Source: Candidatus Moraniibacteriota bacterium
GTDB lineage: Bacteria > Patescibacteriota > Minisyncoccia > Moranbacterales > UBA1568
Direction: 5' to 3'
Length of the DNA: 64,000 bases
Assembly (NCBI GenBank): GCA_052034975.1
Contig: JBPOIA010000021.1
Location: 702-64,701, forward strand
The notes under the pieces are model-generated. The model was not told the origin of the DNA. It worked only from the letters and a program-made list of their open reading frames with translations, and made no database searches. Both the position numbers and the translations under genes were made by a program. Below, in pieces: positions 46,443 to 55,795 of this stretch (position 1 is the first letter of the stretch; every line of letters begins with the position of its first letter).

Positions 46443-48956
46443 ATGGATTTTTTTAAGAGAAAAAGAGTGATGCCATCAGACACCCTGAAAAAAGGGAAAG
46501 TTTGGTTTTGGATGAAAAGAGGAATAATTTCCGTTTTTCTTCTCGGATCCGTCGTCACGATAAGCGCGTTCGCATATATAGCGAAAGATCTTCCGAGCCC
46601 GGGCAGTGTAAATAAACGCGTCATCATCGAATCGACGAAGATTTATGATCGGACCGGCAACCATCTTCTTTATGAAGTACACGGGGAAGAAAAACGAACG
46701 ATCATCCCATTCGAACAAATGCCGGAAGTCGTACGTGCCGCCACGCTCGCGCTGGAAGATCAGGATTTTTACAATCACCACGGGATAAAGATCACCTCCA
46801 TCATCCGTTCGATTTTAAAGGATCTTGTGCAGTTTAGTAAATCACAAGGAGGATCGACCATCACTCAGCAGTTCGTCAAAAACTCCCTTCTCTCAAACGA
46901 GAAGACCATCATTAGAAAGATTAAGGAAGTCATTCTTTCGCTTGAGATGGAGACAAAGTTCTCAAAAGACGAGATTCTCGCGATGTATCTTAATGAAATC
47001 CCGTATGGCTCGAATGCCTACGGCATTGAAGCGGCTACGCAGACGTTTTTCGGAAAGCCGGCTCGGGAGCTTACGCTCGACGAGGCCGCGCTTCTCGCCG
47101 CGCTTCCACAGGCGACGACATATTATTCGCCCTATGGATCACACATCGATGCACTCATCGCAAGAAAAAACCACACGCTCCGGACGATGGCAAAACTTGG
47201 ATATATCACCGAAGAGCAGGCCGAACAGGCAGTGGAGGTGAAGACGTTGGAAAAGATCAGTCCGCAGAAAGATATCATCGCTGCACCGCACTTCGTGATG
47301 TATATCAAGGATATCCTCCAGCAGCGGTATGGCGACAAGGCTATTGAGGAAGGGGGTTTAAAGGTCATTACGACACTTGATTGGGAAAAGCAACAAATCG
47401 CCGAACAGGCCGTCCGCGAGGGCGTGGAGAAGAACACAAAATGGAAAGCGGAAAATGCCGCGCTCGTGGCTATCGACCCGAAAACTGGTCAAATCCTCGC
47501 GATGGTCGGCTCGAAGGATTATTTCGACAAATCGATCGACGGACAGGTAAATGTGGCTATCCGTGATCGTCAGCCGGGATCATCGTTCAAGCCGTATGTT
47601 TATCTCACCGCGTTCACGAAGGGATATCTGCCGGAGACGATGCTCTACGACGTGAAGACGCAGTTCGAGACAGCGGAAGGAAAAAGTTACGAACCGAACA
47701 ATTATGACGGAAAATTTCACGGACCGTTGCCGATGAAGAAAGCGCTTGGAGGGTCGCTTAACGTTCCAGCAGTGAAAACACTTTATCTTGTCGGCGTAAA
47801 AGATGCCACCACGCTCGCAAAAAATCTCGGGATTACCGGACTGAATGACCCGAGTCGGCTCGGGCTCTCGCTCGTACTGGGCGGTGGGGAAGTGAAACTC
47901 CTCGATCATGTGAGTGCGTATGCCACGCTCGCGCAGGGCGGTGTGAAACATCAGAAATCCGCCATTCTCCGCATCGAGGACACGAAGGGAGCCGTTCTCG
48001 AGGAATTTAAGCCGGATGCCGGCGAACGTGTTGTCGAGGAGAAGTATGTCGCGATGCTGGATTCGGTGCTCTCGAACAACGAGAATCGGGCGTGGGTATT
48101 TGGCGATAAGAGTCCGCTCCTATTCGAGAGCCGGTCGGTTGCCGCGAAAACAGGGACGACGAACGAATTTCGCGACGGCTGGACGATCGGGTATACGCCG
48201 TCCTTGGCTGTTGGCGTTTGGGCGGGGAACAATGATAACTCACAGATGGTTGAGGGTGCCGATGGCGTCAATGTCGCCGCGCCTATCTGGAGGACGTTCC
48301 TTGATAAGGCGCTCGCGAACTATGCCATCGAGGAGTTTCCGAAATACAACCCCGACGACGAGATTGGTGACGGGGAAGGAAAGACGAATAAGCCGATGCT
48401 GGCCGGAAAGCTTGAGGAGAAAGAGGATGTGAAGGTTTGCGAGATCCCAGGGAAGGATGATAAGTATTGTCTGGCGAACAAGTATTGCCGCGATAAGGAC
48501 GTCGAGAAAAAGGATTTCATCAGTCCGCACGATATCCTCTATTATGTGAATCGCGACGAGCCCCGTGGTCCGGTGCCGGATAAGCCGGAGCGCGACCCGC
48601 AGTATAAGAATTGGGAGGAGGCGGTGAAGGATTGGTACAAGAAGCAGAAAGGCATCATATTCGCCGATCCGCCGAAAGACGATTGTGACAAGGATGATTT
48701 TGAGAAGTATCTTCCGAAAGTGGAGCTTACGGTTCCCGGAAGCGTTTCTTCCTCGTCGCTTCCTCTTAGTGCGGACATCGACGCGCCGTACGGTACCAAG
48801 AGCGTAAAATATACCGTCGAAGGACACGATGCCGGCTCCGGCGGATCGTATGACGTGTCGAGCTATAACGGTTCAACGATCACGGTGAAGGTAGAGGTGG
48901 AGGACGATAACGGGAACGAAACCTCCGACCAGAAATCCGTCAGTGTGAGTTTTTAG
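46443..48956 (+). CDS. Class-A penicillin-binding protein (bifunctional transglycosylase/transpeptidase) with C-terminal extension
   Basis: GT51 motifs (EDQDFYNHHGI, RKIKE). TP motifs SSFKP, SLN and KTGTT. GGAAGAG RBS. About 150 aa of acidic/Cys-containing C-terminal tail. Confidence 0.85.
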   Translation: MDFFKRKRVMPSDTLKKGKVWFWMKRGIISVFLLGSVVTISAFAYIAKDLPSPGSVNKRVIIESTKIYDRTGNHLLYEVHGEEKRTIIPFEQMPEVVRAATLALEDQDFYNHHGIKITSIIRSILKDLVQFSKSQGGSTITQQFVKNSLLSNEKTIIRKIKEVILSLEMETKFSKDEILAMYLNEIPYGSNAYGIEAATQTFFGKPARELTLDEAALLAALPQATTYYSPYGSHIDALIARKNHTLRTMAKLGYITEEQAEQAVEVKTLEKISPQKDIIAAPHFVMYIKDILQQRYGDKAIEEGGLKVITTLDWEKQQIAEQAVREGVEKNTKWKAENAALVAIDPKTGQILAMVGSKDYFDKSIDGQVNVAIRDRQPGSSFKPYVYLTAFTKGYLPETMLYDVKTQFETAEGKSYEPNNYDGKFHGPLPMKKALGGSLNVPAVKTLYLVGVKDATTLAKNLGITGLNDPSRLGLSLVLGGGEVKLLDHVSAYATLAQGGVKHQKSAILRIEDTKGAVLEEFKPDAGERVVEEKYVAMLDSVLSNNENRAWVFGDKSPLLFESRSVAAKTGTTNEFRDGWTIGYTPSLAVGVWAGNNDNSQMVEGADGVNVAAPIWRTFLDKALANYAIEEFPKYNPDDEIGDGEGKTNKPMLAGKLEEKEDVKVCEIPGKDDKYCLANKYCRDKDVEKKDFISPHDILYYVNRDEPRGPVPDKPERDPQYKNWEEAVKDWYKKQKGIIFADPPKDDCDKDDFEKYLPKVELTVPGSVSSSSLPLSADIDAPYGTKSVKYTVEGHDAGSGGSYDVSSYNGSTITVKVEVEDDNGNETSDQKSVSVSF

Positions 48957-49007
48957 CTTTCAGTAAAGAAAACACCCCCGAGAAGGGGCGTTTTCTTGTT
49001 AAGGCGA

Positions 49008-50015
49008 CTAGAGACGTTTTCGCAGGTGAGGGAAGATTTTCTTGAGGATGAGATAAGAAACATCCGTTCCCTTGCCCTCCACGAGCGGCTTTTCGTTCAT
49101 ATTGTAGAACGGGTGCGGATTGATTTCGAGGATGACGTACGGGGCTTTTTCTGACGAGATGTCTTTTGAAAGAAGATCGAGGCCTCCATACGTGAGTCCT
49201 GCCGACTCGACCGCTTTAACGGCGATTTTTTTGAGTGCCGGATGCATCCGTTCGGTCATATCGATAGATCGCCCGCCATCCGACATATTGAGGTTGTTCC
49301 TGAATTTAAAGAAGCGACCTTTTTCCAGCACGGACGAAAGCGTCAAACCGGACTTTTTCAATGAGGTCTTGGCAACGGCATCGAGCCGTATCTCGAATCC
49401 TTTCATCCGGGTCTTATTGAAGGCAGTGATGAGGTTTCGTATGGAGGAGGAACCGTCGCCGGTGACGCCGGCGGGAATCTTCTGCACGCAAGAGATGACA
49501 CGACCATCAAGGACGAGTACGCGGTATTCGTTTCCGAGGAACATTTCTTCGACGAGAAACGAGATATTCTTTCTTTTTCCGTATGCGAGGAGAGCGTGCT
49601 GGGCCGCGGATCGAAGTTCTCGTTCGGATTCGATGCCCCAAGTCACACCTTTTCCGAGTGACCCATCGAGCGGTTTTGCGATGAGCGGATAGGAGAGCTT
49701 CGCTTCGCGGATTCTTCGTACAGCGTCAGCATATGATACCGCAGAGATACCGCGCGGTGTTCGGATACCGACGGTATCAAGCACGGCCTTCGTAAGGGTT
49801 TTTTGTTTTGTGAAGTTTCCCATATTGCGTTTTATAGGGAGGTTGCTCTTGTAACAAAACACCGTCTTTCCTTTGTGGAGGAGTTTGATGAAACGCACGT
49901 TGCCGTCAGAGAGAACAGTCGCTTCGACACCGAGTTCGAGAGCTCTCTTTATGAAGGAGCGGAACCCGCCGTGTTTCGTGTAGTGATTGACATCTTCCAT
50001 CTTCATTTTTTGCAT
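49008..50015 (-). CDS. RimK-like ATP-grasp ligase (alpha-L-glutamate ligase family)
   Basis: IAKPLDGSLGKGV, EYRVLVLDGRVIS and ILEINPHP are ATP-grasp core motifs. Confidence 0.7.
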   Translation of the reverse strand: MQKMKMEDVNHYTKHGGFRSFIKRALELGVEATVLSDGNVRFIKLLHKGKTVFCYKSNLPIKRNMGNFTKQKTLTKAVLDTVGIRTPRGISAVSYADAVRRIREAKLSYPLIAKPLDGSLGKGVTWGIESERELRSAAQHALLAYGKRKNISFLVEEMFLGNEYRVLVLDGRVISCVQKIPAGVTGDGSSSIRNLITAFNKTRMKGFEIRLDAVAKTSLKKSGLTLSSVLEKGRFFKFRNNLNMSDGGRSIDMTERMHPALKKIAVKAVESAGLTYGGLDLLSKDISSEKAPYVILEINPHPFYNMNEKPLVEGKGTDVSYLILKKIFPHLRKRL

Positions 50016-50024
50016 AGGAAAAAA

Positions 50025-51431
50025 TTATTTGCTTATATCGACGAGGAACCTACGGAGATGTTTCCGTCCGATGATGACCGGGTATTCAAGATGAGAGCGG
50101 TCGATAACCGATACCCGCGCCGGAATCTCAACGGTGTCCATAATGAAAGAGATCCGTATCTTCGGCCGCATCGAGAACCCATTCGATGAATAAACGAAAG
50201 AAACGCCGTCAAGGTCCGGATGTGCCCCCTTATACTGCACATCATAGCGGTCGGAGAGGGCGGTAAGATCGGCGCGTTCTCTCGCTTCTGGCTTCGGAAT
50301 CGTTTCAAAAAAATCAAGCACGTCGCTGAAGCCGAGTTCGCGGGCAAGTTCGGTGTCGATGGAGGTGGAGTCGGCGCCGGTGTCGATCTTGGCCTGTGTT
50401 TCGATTTCCTTGCCATCCTTGCCGATGAGCTTCACTTTTTCGACCGAACCGACGACGCGTTTGCCGGAAAGTTCCTCGATTTCCTCTTCGATCTCTCCGC
50501 CGAAGAGATTCTGTCCGACGCGCACGCCGCGCTCAGTGGTTTTGATGGAGAGTCCGGAGACGCGCTTCAACCGGTCGCGCAGACCGGAGAGGTTGGCGAG
50601 CTGGATGGAGAGTCCGGGACGTGCGTTTAATTCCAAAATAACCGGTCCTTGCTCACGATCGATCGAAATGTCCGCACCGAGAAACCCGAGTCCGGAAATC
50701 TCTTGGGCGCGCACCGACATTTGCAAAATATCTTTCCAATAAGGAATCTTGATACCCGAAAGGGCCAAGCGCGTGCCGGGCACGTACTCGATAACATGAC
50801 TTTTACCGAGGATGGCGCTTGTCGTCGTGCCGGTAGCCAGGTCGATGCCGACACCGATCGCTCCTTGCTGCAAGTTGGCCTTGCCGTCGGACTCTTTGGT
50901 CGGAAGGCGAAGCATCGCCATCACGGGGACGCGATTGAAGACGATGACACGGATGTCGGGGATGCCGCGATACGCGTAGGGCTTGAAAAGCTTGAGCAGT
51001 TTCAACCGTTCCTCAAAAAAAGCGGTATCGGGAATATTTGCGAGCGAGAATGATCCGTCGAGGATGTTCTGGATATGGATCTTGATATCCTCGATCGTCA
51101 CCATCGATCCGTCAGCTTTGACCCAGGCGTCATCGCGCCCCTTCTTGCGCGCGTAGACGACCAAGATGCCCTCGCCGCCAAATCCGCGGTTGGGTTTGAG
51201 CGCGAAGCTCGATGGCAGCGTCGACCAGTCGAATTCGTCAAGCTCGGTATGGTTTCTGATCTTCGCGACGAGACCCGGCGTAGCGAGGCCGTTTTTCTTG
51301 AGTGTGCGCTTCGAGAGCAGCTTGTCATCAGCAAGACGCTTCCCGCGCTCTCGGTTGTACGGGCGGGTATATTCTAGGTTGCGCGCGTTCATACCGAGTA
51401 GCCCGCGGCTTTTTTTGAGGAAGTCGAACAT
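50025..51431 (-). CDS. ATP-grasp ligase (sugar-transfer-associated type) fused to a C-terminal retropepsin-like (putative ATP-dependent zinc protease, DUF785-like) domain
   Basis: N-half ALKPNRGFGGEGILVV ... ILELNARPG. C-half AKIDTGADSTSID with an aspartyl-protease-like DTG. Confidence 0.65.
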   Translation of the reverse strand: MFDFLKKSRGLLGMNARNLEYTRPYNRERGKRLADDKLLSKRTLKKNGLATPGLVAKIRNHTELDEFDWSTLPSSFALKPNRGFGGEGILVVYARKKGRDDAWVKADGSMVTIEDIKIHIQNILDGSFSLANIPDTAFFEERLKLLKLFKPYAYRGIPDIRVIVFNRVPVMAMLRLPTKESDGKANLQQGAIGVGIDLATGTTTSAILGKSHVIEYVPGTRLALSGIKIPYWKDILQMSVRAQEISGLGFLGADISIDREQGPVILELNARPGLSIQLANLSGLRDRLKRVSGLSIKTTERGVRVGQNLFGGEIEEEIEELSGKRVVGSVEKVKLIGKDGKEIETQAKIDTGADSTSIDTELARELGFSDVLDFFETIPKPEARERADLTALSDRYDVQYKGAHPDLDGVSFVYSSNGFSMRPKIRISFIMDTVEIPARVSVIDRSHLEYPVIIGRKHLRRFLVDISK

Positions 51432-51473
51432 AGAAAGATGTCTGAGAGAACCGGAAAATGAAAGGCTCCGGAA

Positions 51474-52154
51474 TCACTTAATATACTGGAAGATCTTTCG
51501 GAAGCGGAGGTACTCCGAAATGCGAAGCCCCGTCCATTTTCCGAGGGAGAAATTGATGACAAACGTCAACAGGATGATCCACGGGTAGTCGAGGATAAGC
51601 GCGGTGAATGTGTCCCAGCTGATGAGGAAATATCCGGCGACGGAAATGATAAGCGTTTCGAGCGCGAGCAGGAATGCGACCTTATTGCCTTTCTCTATCT
51701 GAGTTGCGACGAATTTTTCCGCGAGCGTGATCATAATAAGGAGCGGGAAAATGGAAATGGATGCCAGCCCGGTGCGCTGGAACGATCCGCCGAAGATGAG
51801 GATACCGAGAATGGCGAACGACACGATAGAAAGAGTGAGAGCCACTCGCGGAAGATAAAGGAGACGAAAATAGCGCAGGATATAGCGCGATACCATTCCG
51901 ACCAGTATGACGGAAACGAAAATAGCGATGCCGTATTTGAGACCGTTCGGATCAAACGCGAGCAAAGCGAACGTAATGATGGACGGCGTATAGATGCCGA
52001 ACGCCTTGATGCCGATCACTTGGCGGAAGAAGGCGACGAGCGTCGCAACGACGGGAAGCATCAGAAGAAGCGTAATCGTCTGGAGTGGTACGCCGTGGAG
52101 GACGGCGAAGGTGATGAAGGGATGGTATTGCATAAAAATAAATCCAAAATTCAA
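51474..52154 (-). CDS. Seven-transmembrane protein of the ATP-grasp/7TM module
   Basis: 226 aa. Seven predicted helices. No soluble domain. Confidence 0.6.
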   Translation of the reverse strand: MNFGFIFMQYHPFITFAVLHGVPLQTITLLLMLPVVATLVAFFRQVIGIKAFGIYTPSIITFALLAFDPNGLKYGIAIFVSVILVGMVSRYILRYFRLLYLPRVALTLSIVSFAILGILIFGGSFQRTGLASISIFPLLIMITLAEKFVATQIEKGNKVAFLLALETLIISVAGYFLISWDTFTALILDYPWIILLTFVINFSLGKWTGLRISEYLRFRKIFQYIK

Positions 52155-52242
52155 ATTACAAATGTTAAACGAAGAATGATTATGAAAGTTTTTACGACCC
52201 GGTTACGTAAACGCTAAACACGAGGAGCGGCGGTGACGTTGG

Positions 52243-52743
52243 TTATTTGGGTTTCATCATTTTTATAGCCTCCATCTTTCTCCGGCTCGCGTGGCAGACC
52301 GCGAGCGCGAGCGCATCGGCGACATCATCGGGCTTCGGAATAGCCGACAGGCGGAGAACACTCTTTACCATCAGCTGCATTTGTGCCTTATCTGCGCGTC
52401 CGTAGTTAGTAAGCGCTTGTTTTACCTGTAATGGAGTATAACCGTATATTTTAACACCAAAACGCTCCAAAGTCAAGAGGATAACGCCACGGGCCTGAGC
52501 GACGGAAATCGCGGTTTTTTGGTTGTTGAAGAAAAAGAGTTCTTCGACGGCGGCCTCAGCCGGCTTGAATTTCTTTAAGAGAATTTCAAGATCGTCCGCA
52601 ATCTCGGCGAGACGCTTTTCGAGAGGCAGATCTTTGGAAGTCGAGATATGCCCGTAGTGTTTCGGCAGGAGCATTCCACCTTTCGATTCTATTACGCCCC
52701 AGCCGACGGTCGCTGTGCCGGGATCGATGCCCAAGATGTACAT
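52243..52743 (-). CDS. ruvC: Holliday junction resolvase RuvC
   Basis: MYILGIDPGTATVGWGVIE. Catalytic D/E pattern. Confidence 0.9.
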   Translation of the reverse strand: MYILGIDPGTATVGWGVIESKGGMLLPKHYGHISTSKDLPLEKRLAEIADDLEILLKKFKPAEAAVEELFFFNNQKTAISVAQARGVILLTLERFGVKIYGYTPLQVKQALTNYGRADKAQMQLMVKSVLRLSAIPKPDDVADALALAVCHASRRKMEAIKMMKPK

Positions 52744-52755
52744 AGTCTTGACTGA

Positions 52756-53475
52756 TTATGAAGCGATGTTGTCCCACAGGGTCTGGATGTCCGGATGGTC
52801 TTCGAGGAACTCTTTAAGCTTCTCGAATTTTTCGAGATTGTCGGCGGAGAGGGTGATGGTCTGAGTTGGAAGATAGCCGAGCTCGGCGGACTTCGGGATA
52901 AGATTTTTGGTCTCGAAATAGGCGCGGACTTTCTGGAGGTCTTCCGACTTCGTCAATACGAGCAAGACGTCGTTTTCAGCGCGAAAGTCGTCGGCACCCG
53001 ATTCGATGGCCTCAGCCTCGATCTGGTCGGCAGAAAATTGTTCGGCGGGGAAGACGATGATACCGACGCGTCGGAAGAGAAATGATACTGCTCCGCTTGG
53101 AACGAACTTCCCGCCGTTTTTCGTGAGGATGGTCTTGATGTCACCGACGGTACGGTTTTTGTTATCAGTCATTCCTTCGATAAGGAGTGCGACCTGGCCC
53201 GGGCCATAGCCTTCGTAGAGCACCTCTTCGATAACCGCGCCATCCTTGAGCTCGCCCGTACCTGTTTTGATGGCACGTTCGATGTTGTCTTTCGGCATAT
53301 TCACGCCGCGCGCCCGATCGATGGCGAGGCGGAGCTTGAAATTCATAGCTGGATCGCCGCCTTCGCGCGCCGCGATGGAGATGAGTCGGCCGTATTTGGT
53401 GAAGACTGCCGCACGCTTCGCGTCGTTCAATCCTTTATGGTGTTTGATGCCTGCCCAGTGGGAATGTCCTGACAT
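52756..53475 (-). CDS. YebC/PmpR-family transcriptional regulator
   Basis: MSGHSHWAGIKHHKG...KRAAVFTKYGR is an invariant N-terminus. Confidence 0.9.
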   Translation of the reverse strand: MSGHSHWAGIKHHKGLNDAKRAAVFTKYGRLISIAAREGGDPAMNFKLRLAIDRARGVNMPKDNIERAIKTGTGELKDGAVIEEVLYEGYGPGQVALLIEGMTDNKNRTVGDIKTILTKNGGKFVPSGAVSFLFRRVGIIVFPAEQFSADQIEAEAIESGADDFRAENDVLLVLTKSEDLQKVRAYFETKNLIPKSAELGYLPTQTITLSADNLEKFEKLKEFLEDHPDIQTLWDNIAS

Positions 53476-53528
53476 AATGAAGAGGGAAACCGGTTCAAAG
53501 ATACGCTACCAAGGAAAGAATCAGCCGG

Positions 53529-54101
53529 TCAGGCGACCTTGCCGGAGCCGATGGTCGCGGCGAGATGATGAAGAGCGTCTGCGTCGCGCTCCTTCGCGAT
53601 GCGCATAACGAGATCCTTGACAGAGGAAGGATCGGCCACCTGGCGGAAGACGAAACGCGTTTCTTCGCCGGCCGTCTGGACGATGACGTCGCCGAAATCG
53701 AGGATAGTCGGAAGGAGACCCTCGACTTCGCTTGTGACGTCTTGGATGCGCTGAAAGTGGAGCTCGCTTATATGGCGGACGAAGAGTCCTTTCTGCTCGA
53801 TGTTCACGACGCGCTCGTTCGTAATGATCCACACGTCGAAATAGTAGTCGATCCAAATGAGGAATCCGTACAGCCAGGCGAAGATGAAAAATGTATTCTG
53901 GACGAAGATGAAGAATCGCCAATTGTCGCCGCGGAGCATATCGGGGAAAAGTGTCGGAACAAACAAGAAACTGCCGACGAGGATAGCCGAGAAGAGGATG
54001 ACGATAAAGAGGTGAGAGAAGAGGTTGAACCAGTGCCGATGGATGATGCGGAGCACTTGTTCGTTCTCACGTTGTCCGGGGAAATGATAGCGACCTGGCA
54101 T
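53529..54101 (-). CDS. Membrane protein with bacterial PH (YdbS/YdbT-like) domain
   Basis: Two TM helices, then ITNERVVNIEQKGLFVRHISELHFQRIQDV. Confidence 0.5.
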   Translation of the reverse strand: MPGRYHFPGQRENEQVLRIIHRHWFNLFSHLFIVILFSAILVGSFLFVPTLFPDMLRGDNWRFFIFVQNTFFIFAWLYGFLIWIDYYFDVWIITNERVVNIEQKGLFVRHISELHFQRIQDVTSEVEGLLPTILDFGDVIVQTAGEETRFVFRQVADPSSVKDLVMRIAKERDADALHHLAATIGSGKVA

Positions 54102-54110
54102 AAAGAAACG

Positions 54111-54329
54111 TTAAAGGTTTTTTGGAAGGAGCGTGTCGAAGGGAAGCGAGAAGAAGATGATGGCGTTTGTGAAAAGGAGAACAAGGAGCACCGAGACGAA
54201 GAGAATCGTGCCGAACACGGCGGCCGGACGCGAAAGCGAATAACGGAGAATATGGAACAGGACAAAAAGGCCGACGGTTACGTAGCTGAAAAAGAGAAGC
54301 GTATAAAGGAGACCGAACAGAGGTTTCAT
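54111..54329 (-). CDS. Hypothetical small membrane protein
   Basis: 72 aa. Two hydrophobic helices. May be co-transcribed with the bPH protein. Confidence 0.3.
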   Translation of the reverse strand: MKPLFGLLYTLLFFSYVTVGLFVLFHILRYSLSRPAAVFGTILFVSVLLVLLFTNAIIFFSLPFDTLLPKNL

Positions 54330-54359
54330 AGTTTCTTGTTTGTTTTGCCTTCTCCTATT

Positions 54360-55370
54360 CTACAACAATTTGTCCTGATGGTCTTCCGGGACGTCGAGTC
54401 CCAAGTGTTTGTAGGCGGCGGGAGTGACAATACGACCGCGTGGTGTGCGGGCAAGAAAACCGAGTTGAATAAGATAAGGCTCGTAGACATCCTCGATGGT
54501 TTGGATCTCTTCGCCGGTGACGGCGGCAAGGGACTGGACGCCTGCTGGTCCGCCTTTGAATGTGCCAATGAGGGCGTTTAAAATGTGCCGATCAGTCGGT
54601 TCGAGGCCAAGCGTGTCGATTTCATAGAGATCGAGGGCCTTTCGGGCGATTTCCCCGGTGATGGTGTCGATATCCTGTATCTGGGCGTAATCACGGACGC
54701 GTTTCAAGATGCGGTTGGCGACACGGGGCGTCTGGCGGCTTGAGCGGGCGATCTCCGCTGCGCCATCGGTATCGATGCCGATATTGAGGATGTGCGAGGA
54801 ACGGGAGACAATCCGCTCGATTTCTTCCGGTGTGTAGAACTCGAGGCGGTGTGTTGAGCCGAAGCGATTGCGGAGCGGGTTGGAGAGCGAACCGAGACGG
54901 GTGGTGGCACCGATCAGTGTGAAATGAGGCAGATCAAGCTGGATGGTGCGCGCGGCGGGACCTTTGCCGATGATGATGTCGAGCTTGTAATCTTCCATCG
55001 CTGGATAGAGGACTTCCTCAATCGTTTTATTCAGCCGGTGGATTTCGTCGATAAAGAGCACATCGCCGTTTTCGAGGTTCGTGAGAATGGATCCGAGATC
55101 CCCGACGCGCTCGATGGCCGGTCCGGAGGTTATCTTGATGTGTACGCCCATCTCTTTGGCAATAATGTGGGCAAGTGTTGTTTTTCCGAGACCCGCCGGA
55201 CCATAAAGGAGAACGTGGTCGATAGTCTCACCACGCTTCTTGGCGGCTTGGATGAAAATGCCGAGATTACGCTTTATTTTTTCTTGCCCGACGTATTCGG
55301 AAAACGCCTGCGGACGCAGGGTATTATCGAGATTTTGTTCATCGAGCGGTTGCGGATCGGTACTGATCAT
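54360..55370 (-). CDS. ruvB: Holliday junction branch-migration helicase RuvB
   Basis: Walker [17 protein letters not shown]. Walker [10 protein letters not shown]. Sensor motifs. The track ORF extends to 55418. Confidence 0.9.
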   Translation of the reverse strand: MISTDPQPLDEQNLDNTLRPQAFSEYVGQEKIKRNLGIFIQAAKKRGETIDHVLLYGPAGLGKTTLAHIIAKEMGVHIKITSGPAIERVGDLGSILTNLENGDVLFIDEIHRLNKTIEEVLYPAMEDYKLDIIIGKGPAARTIQLDLPHFTLIGATTRLGSLSNPLRNRFGSTHRLEFYTPEEIERIVSRSSHILNIGIDTDGAAEIARSSRQTPRVANRILKRVRDYAQIQDIDTITGEIARKALDLYEIDTLGLEPTDRHILNALIGTFKGGPAGVQSLAAVTGEEIQTIEDVYEPYLIQLGFLARTPRGRIVTPAAYKHLGLDVPEDHQDKLL

Positions 55371-55522
55371 AAGAGACAAAAAGCGAGAATCTTTAATAAT
55401 TGTACCATCCATCCGCACCAGCTACAAACCAAAAAACGTGAAAGAAGAGCCTTTTCTTGAAGCTGAGAAAAAGCGATTCGAGCGGCGGTCTTGTGGAGCG
55501 AAACAACGTACGAAACGCCGTC

Positions 55523-55552
55523 TTGACAAAAAAATCAAGCTATGCTACTATC
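55523..55552 (+). promoter_or_regulatory. Orphan sigma70-like promoter
   Basis: TTGACA - 17 nt - TACTAT. No plus-strand CDS downstream for 4.6 kb. Confidence 0.45.
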
Positions 55553-55557
55553 AAAAG

Positions 55558-55772
55558 TCGCTTCATTGAAAAAAGCTCCCCGGGGCTGTTTCACCTGTAG
55601 ACAATTGGGGATTTCTATCTTTTGTCCTCAATCCGGGAATAATGGTCAAGATCGGGTAGGGTGGTTTCGGCTGCGCTATACCTCGACCGTATTCCTTTTC
55701 CCGTGCTCCTATGTATGGGTTTTGTCTACAGATGAAACGATCCCAAAAAAAGACCCTCGGAGGGTCTTTTTT
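55558..55772 (+). ncRNA. Candidate small structured RNA (6S-like?) between the promoter and an intrinsic terminator
   Basis: 10-bp long-range pairing CTGTAGACAA...TTGTCTACAG closes a ~140-nt domain. Ends at GACCCTCGGAGGGTC followed by TTTTTT. No ORF. Confidence 0.3.
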
Positions 55773-55778
55773 CTTTGT
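55744..55778. terminator. Bidirectional intrinsic terminator (A-run, hairpin, T-run)
   Basis: AAAAAAA GACCCTC gga GGGTC TTTTTT. Serves the candidate sRNA on the plus strand and the PilB-like gene on the minus strand. Confidence 0.7.
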
Positions 55779-55795
55779 TTCTCAAAGAGGCTACT

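Noticed and set aside
55558-55772. Assignment of the candidate sRNA as SRP RNA, tmRNA or RNase P RNA.
   Set aside because: I could not find the SRP domain-IV GGAA/AGCA motif, the tmRNA tRNA-like ends or tag ORF, or the RNase P P4 consensus. Length also argues against tmRNA or RNase P. It is left as an unclassified or 6S-like candidate.
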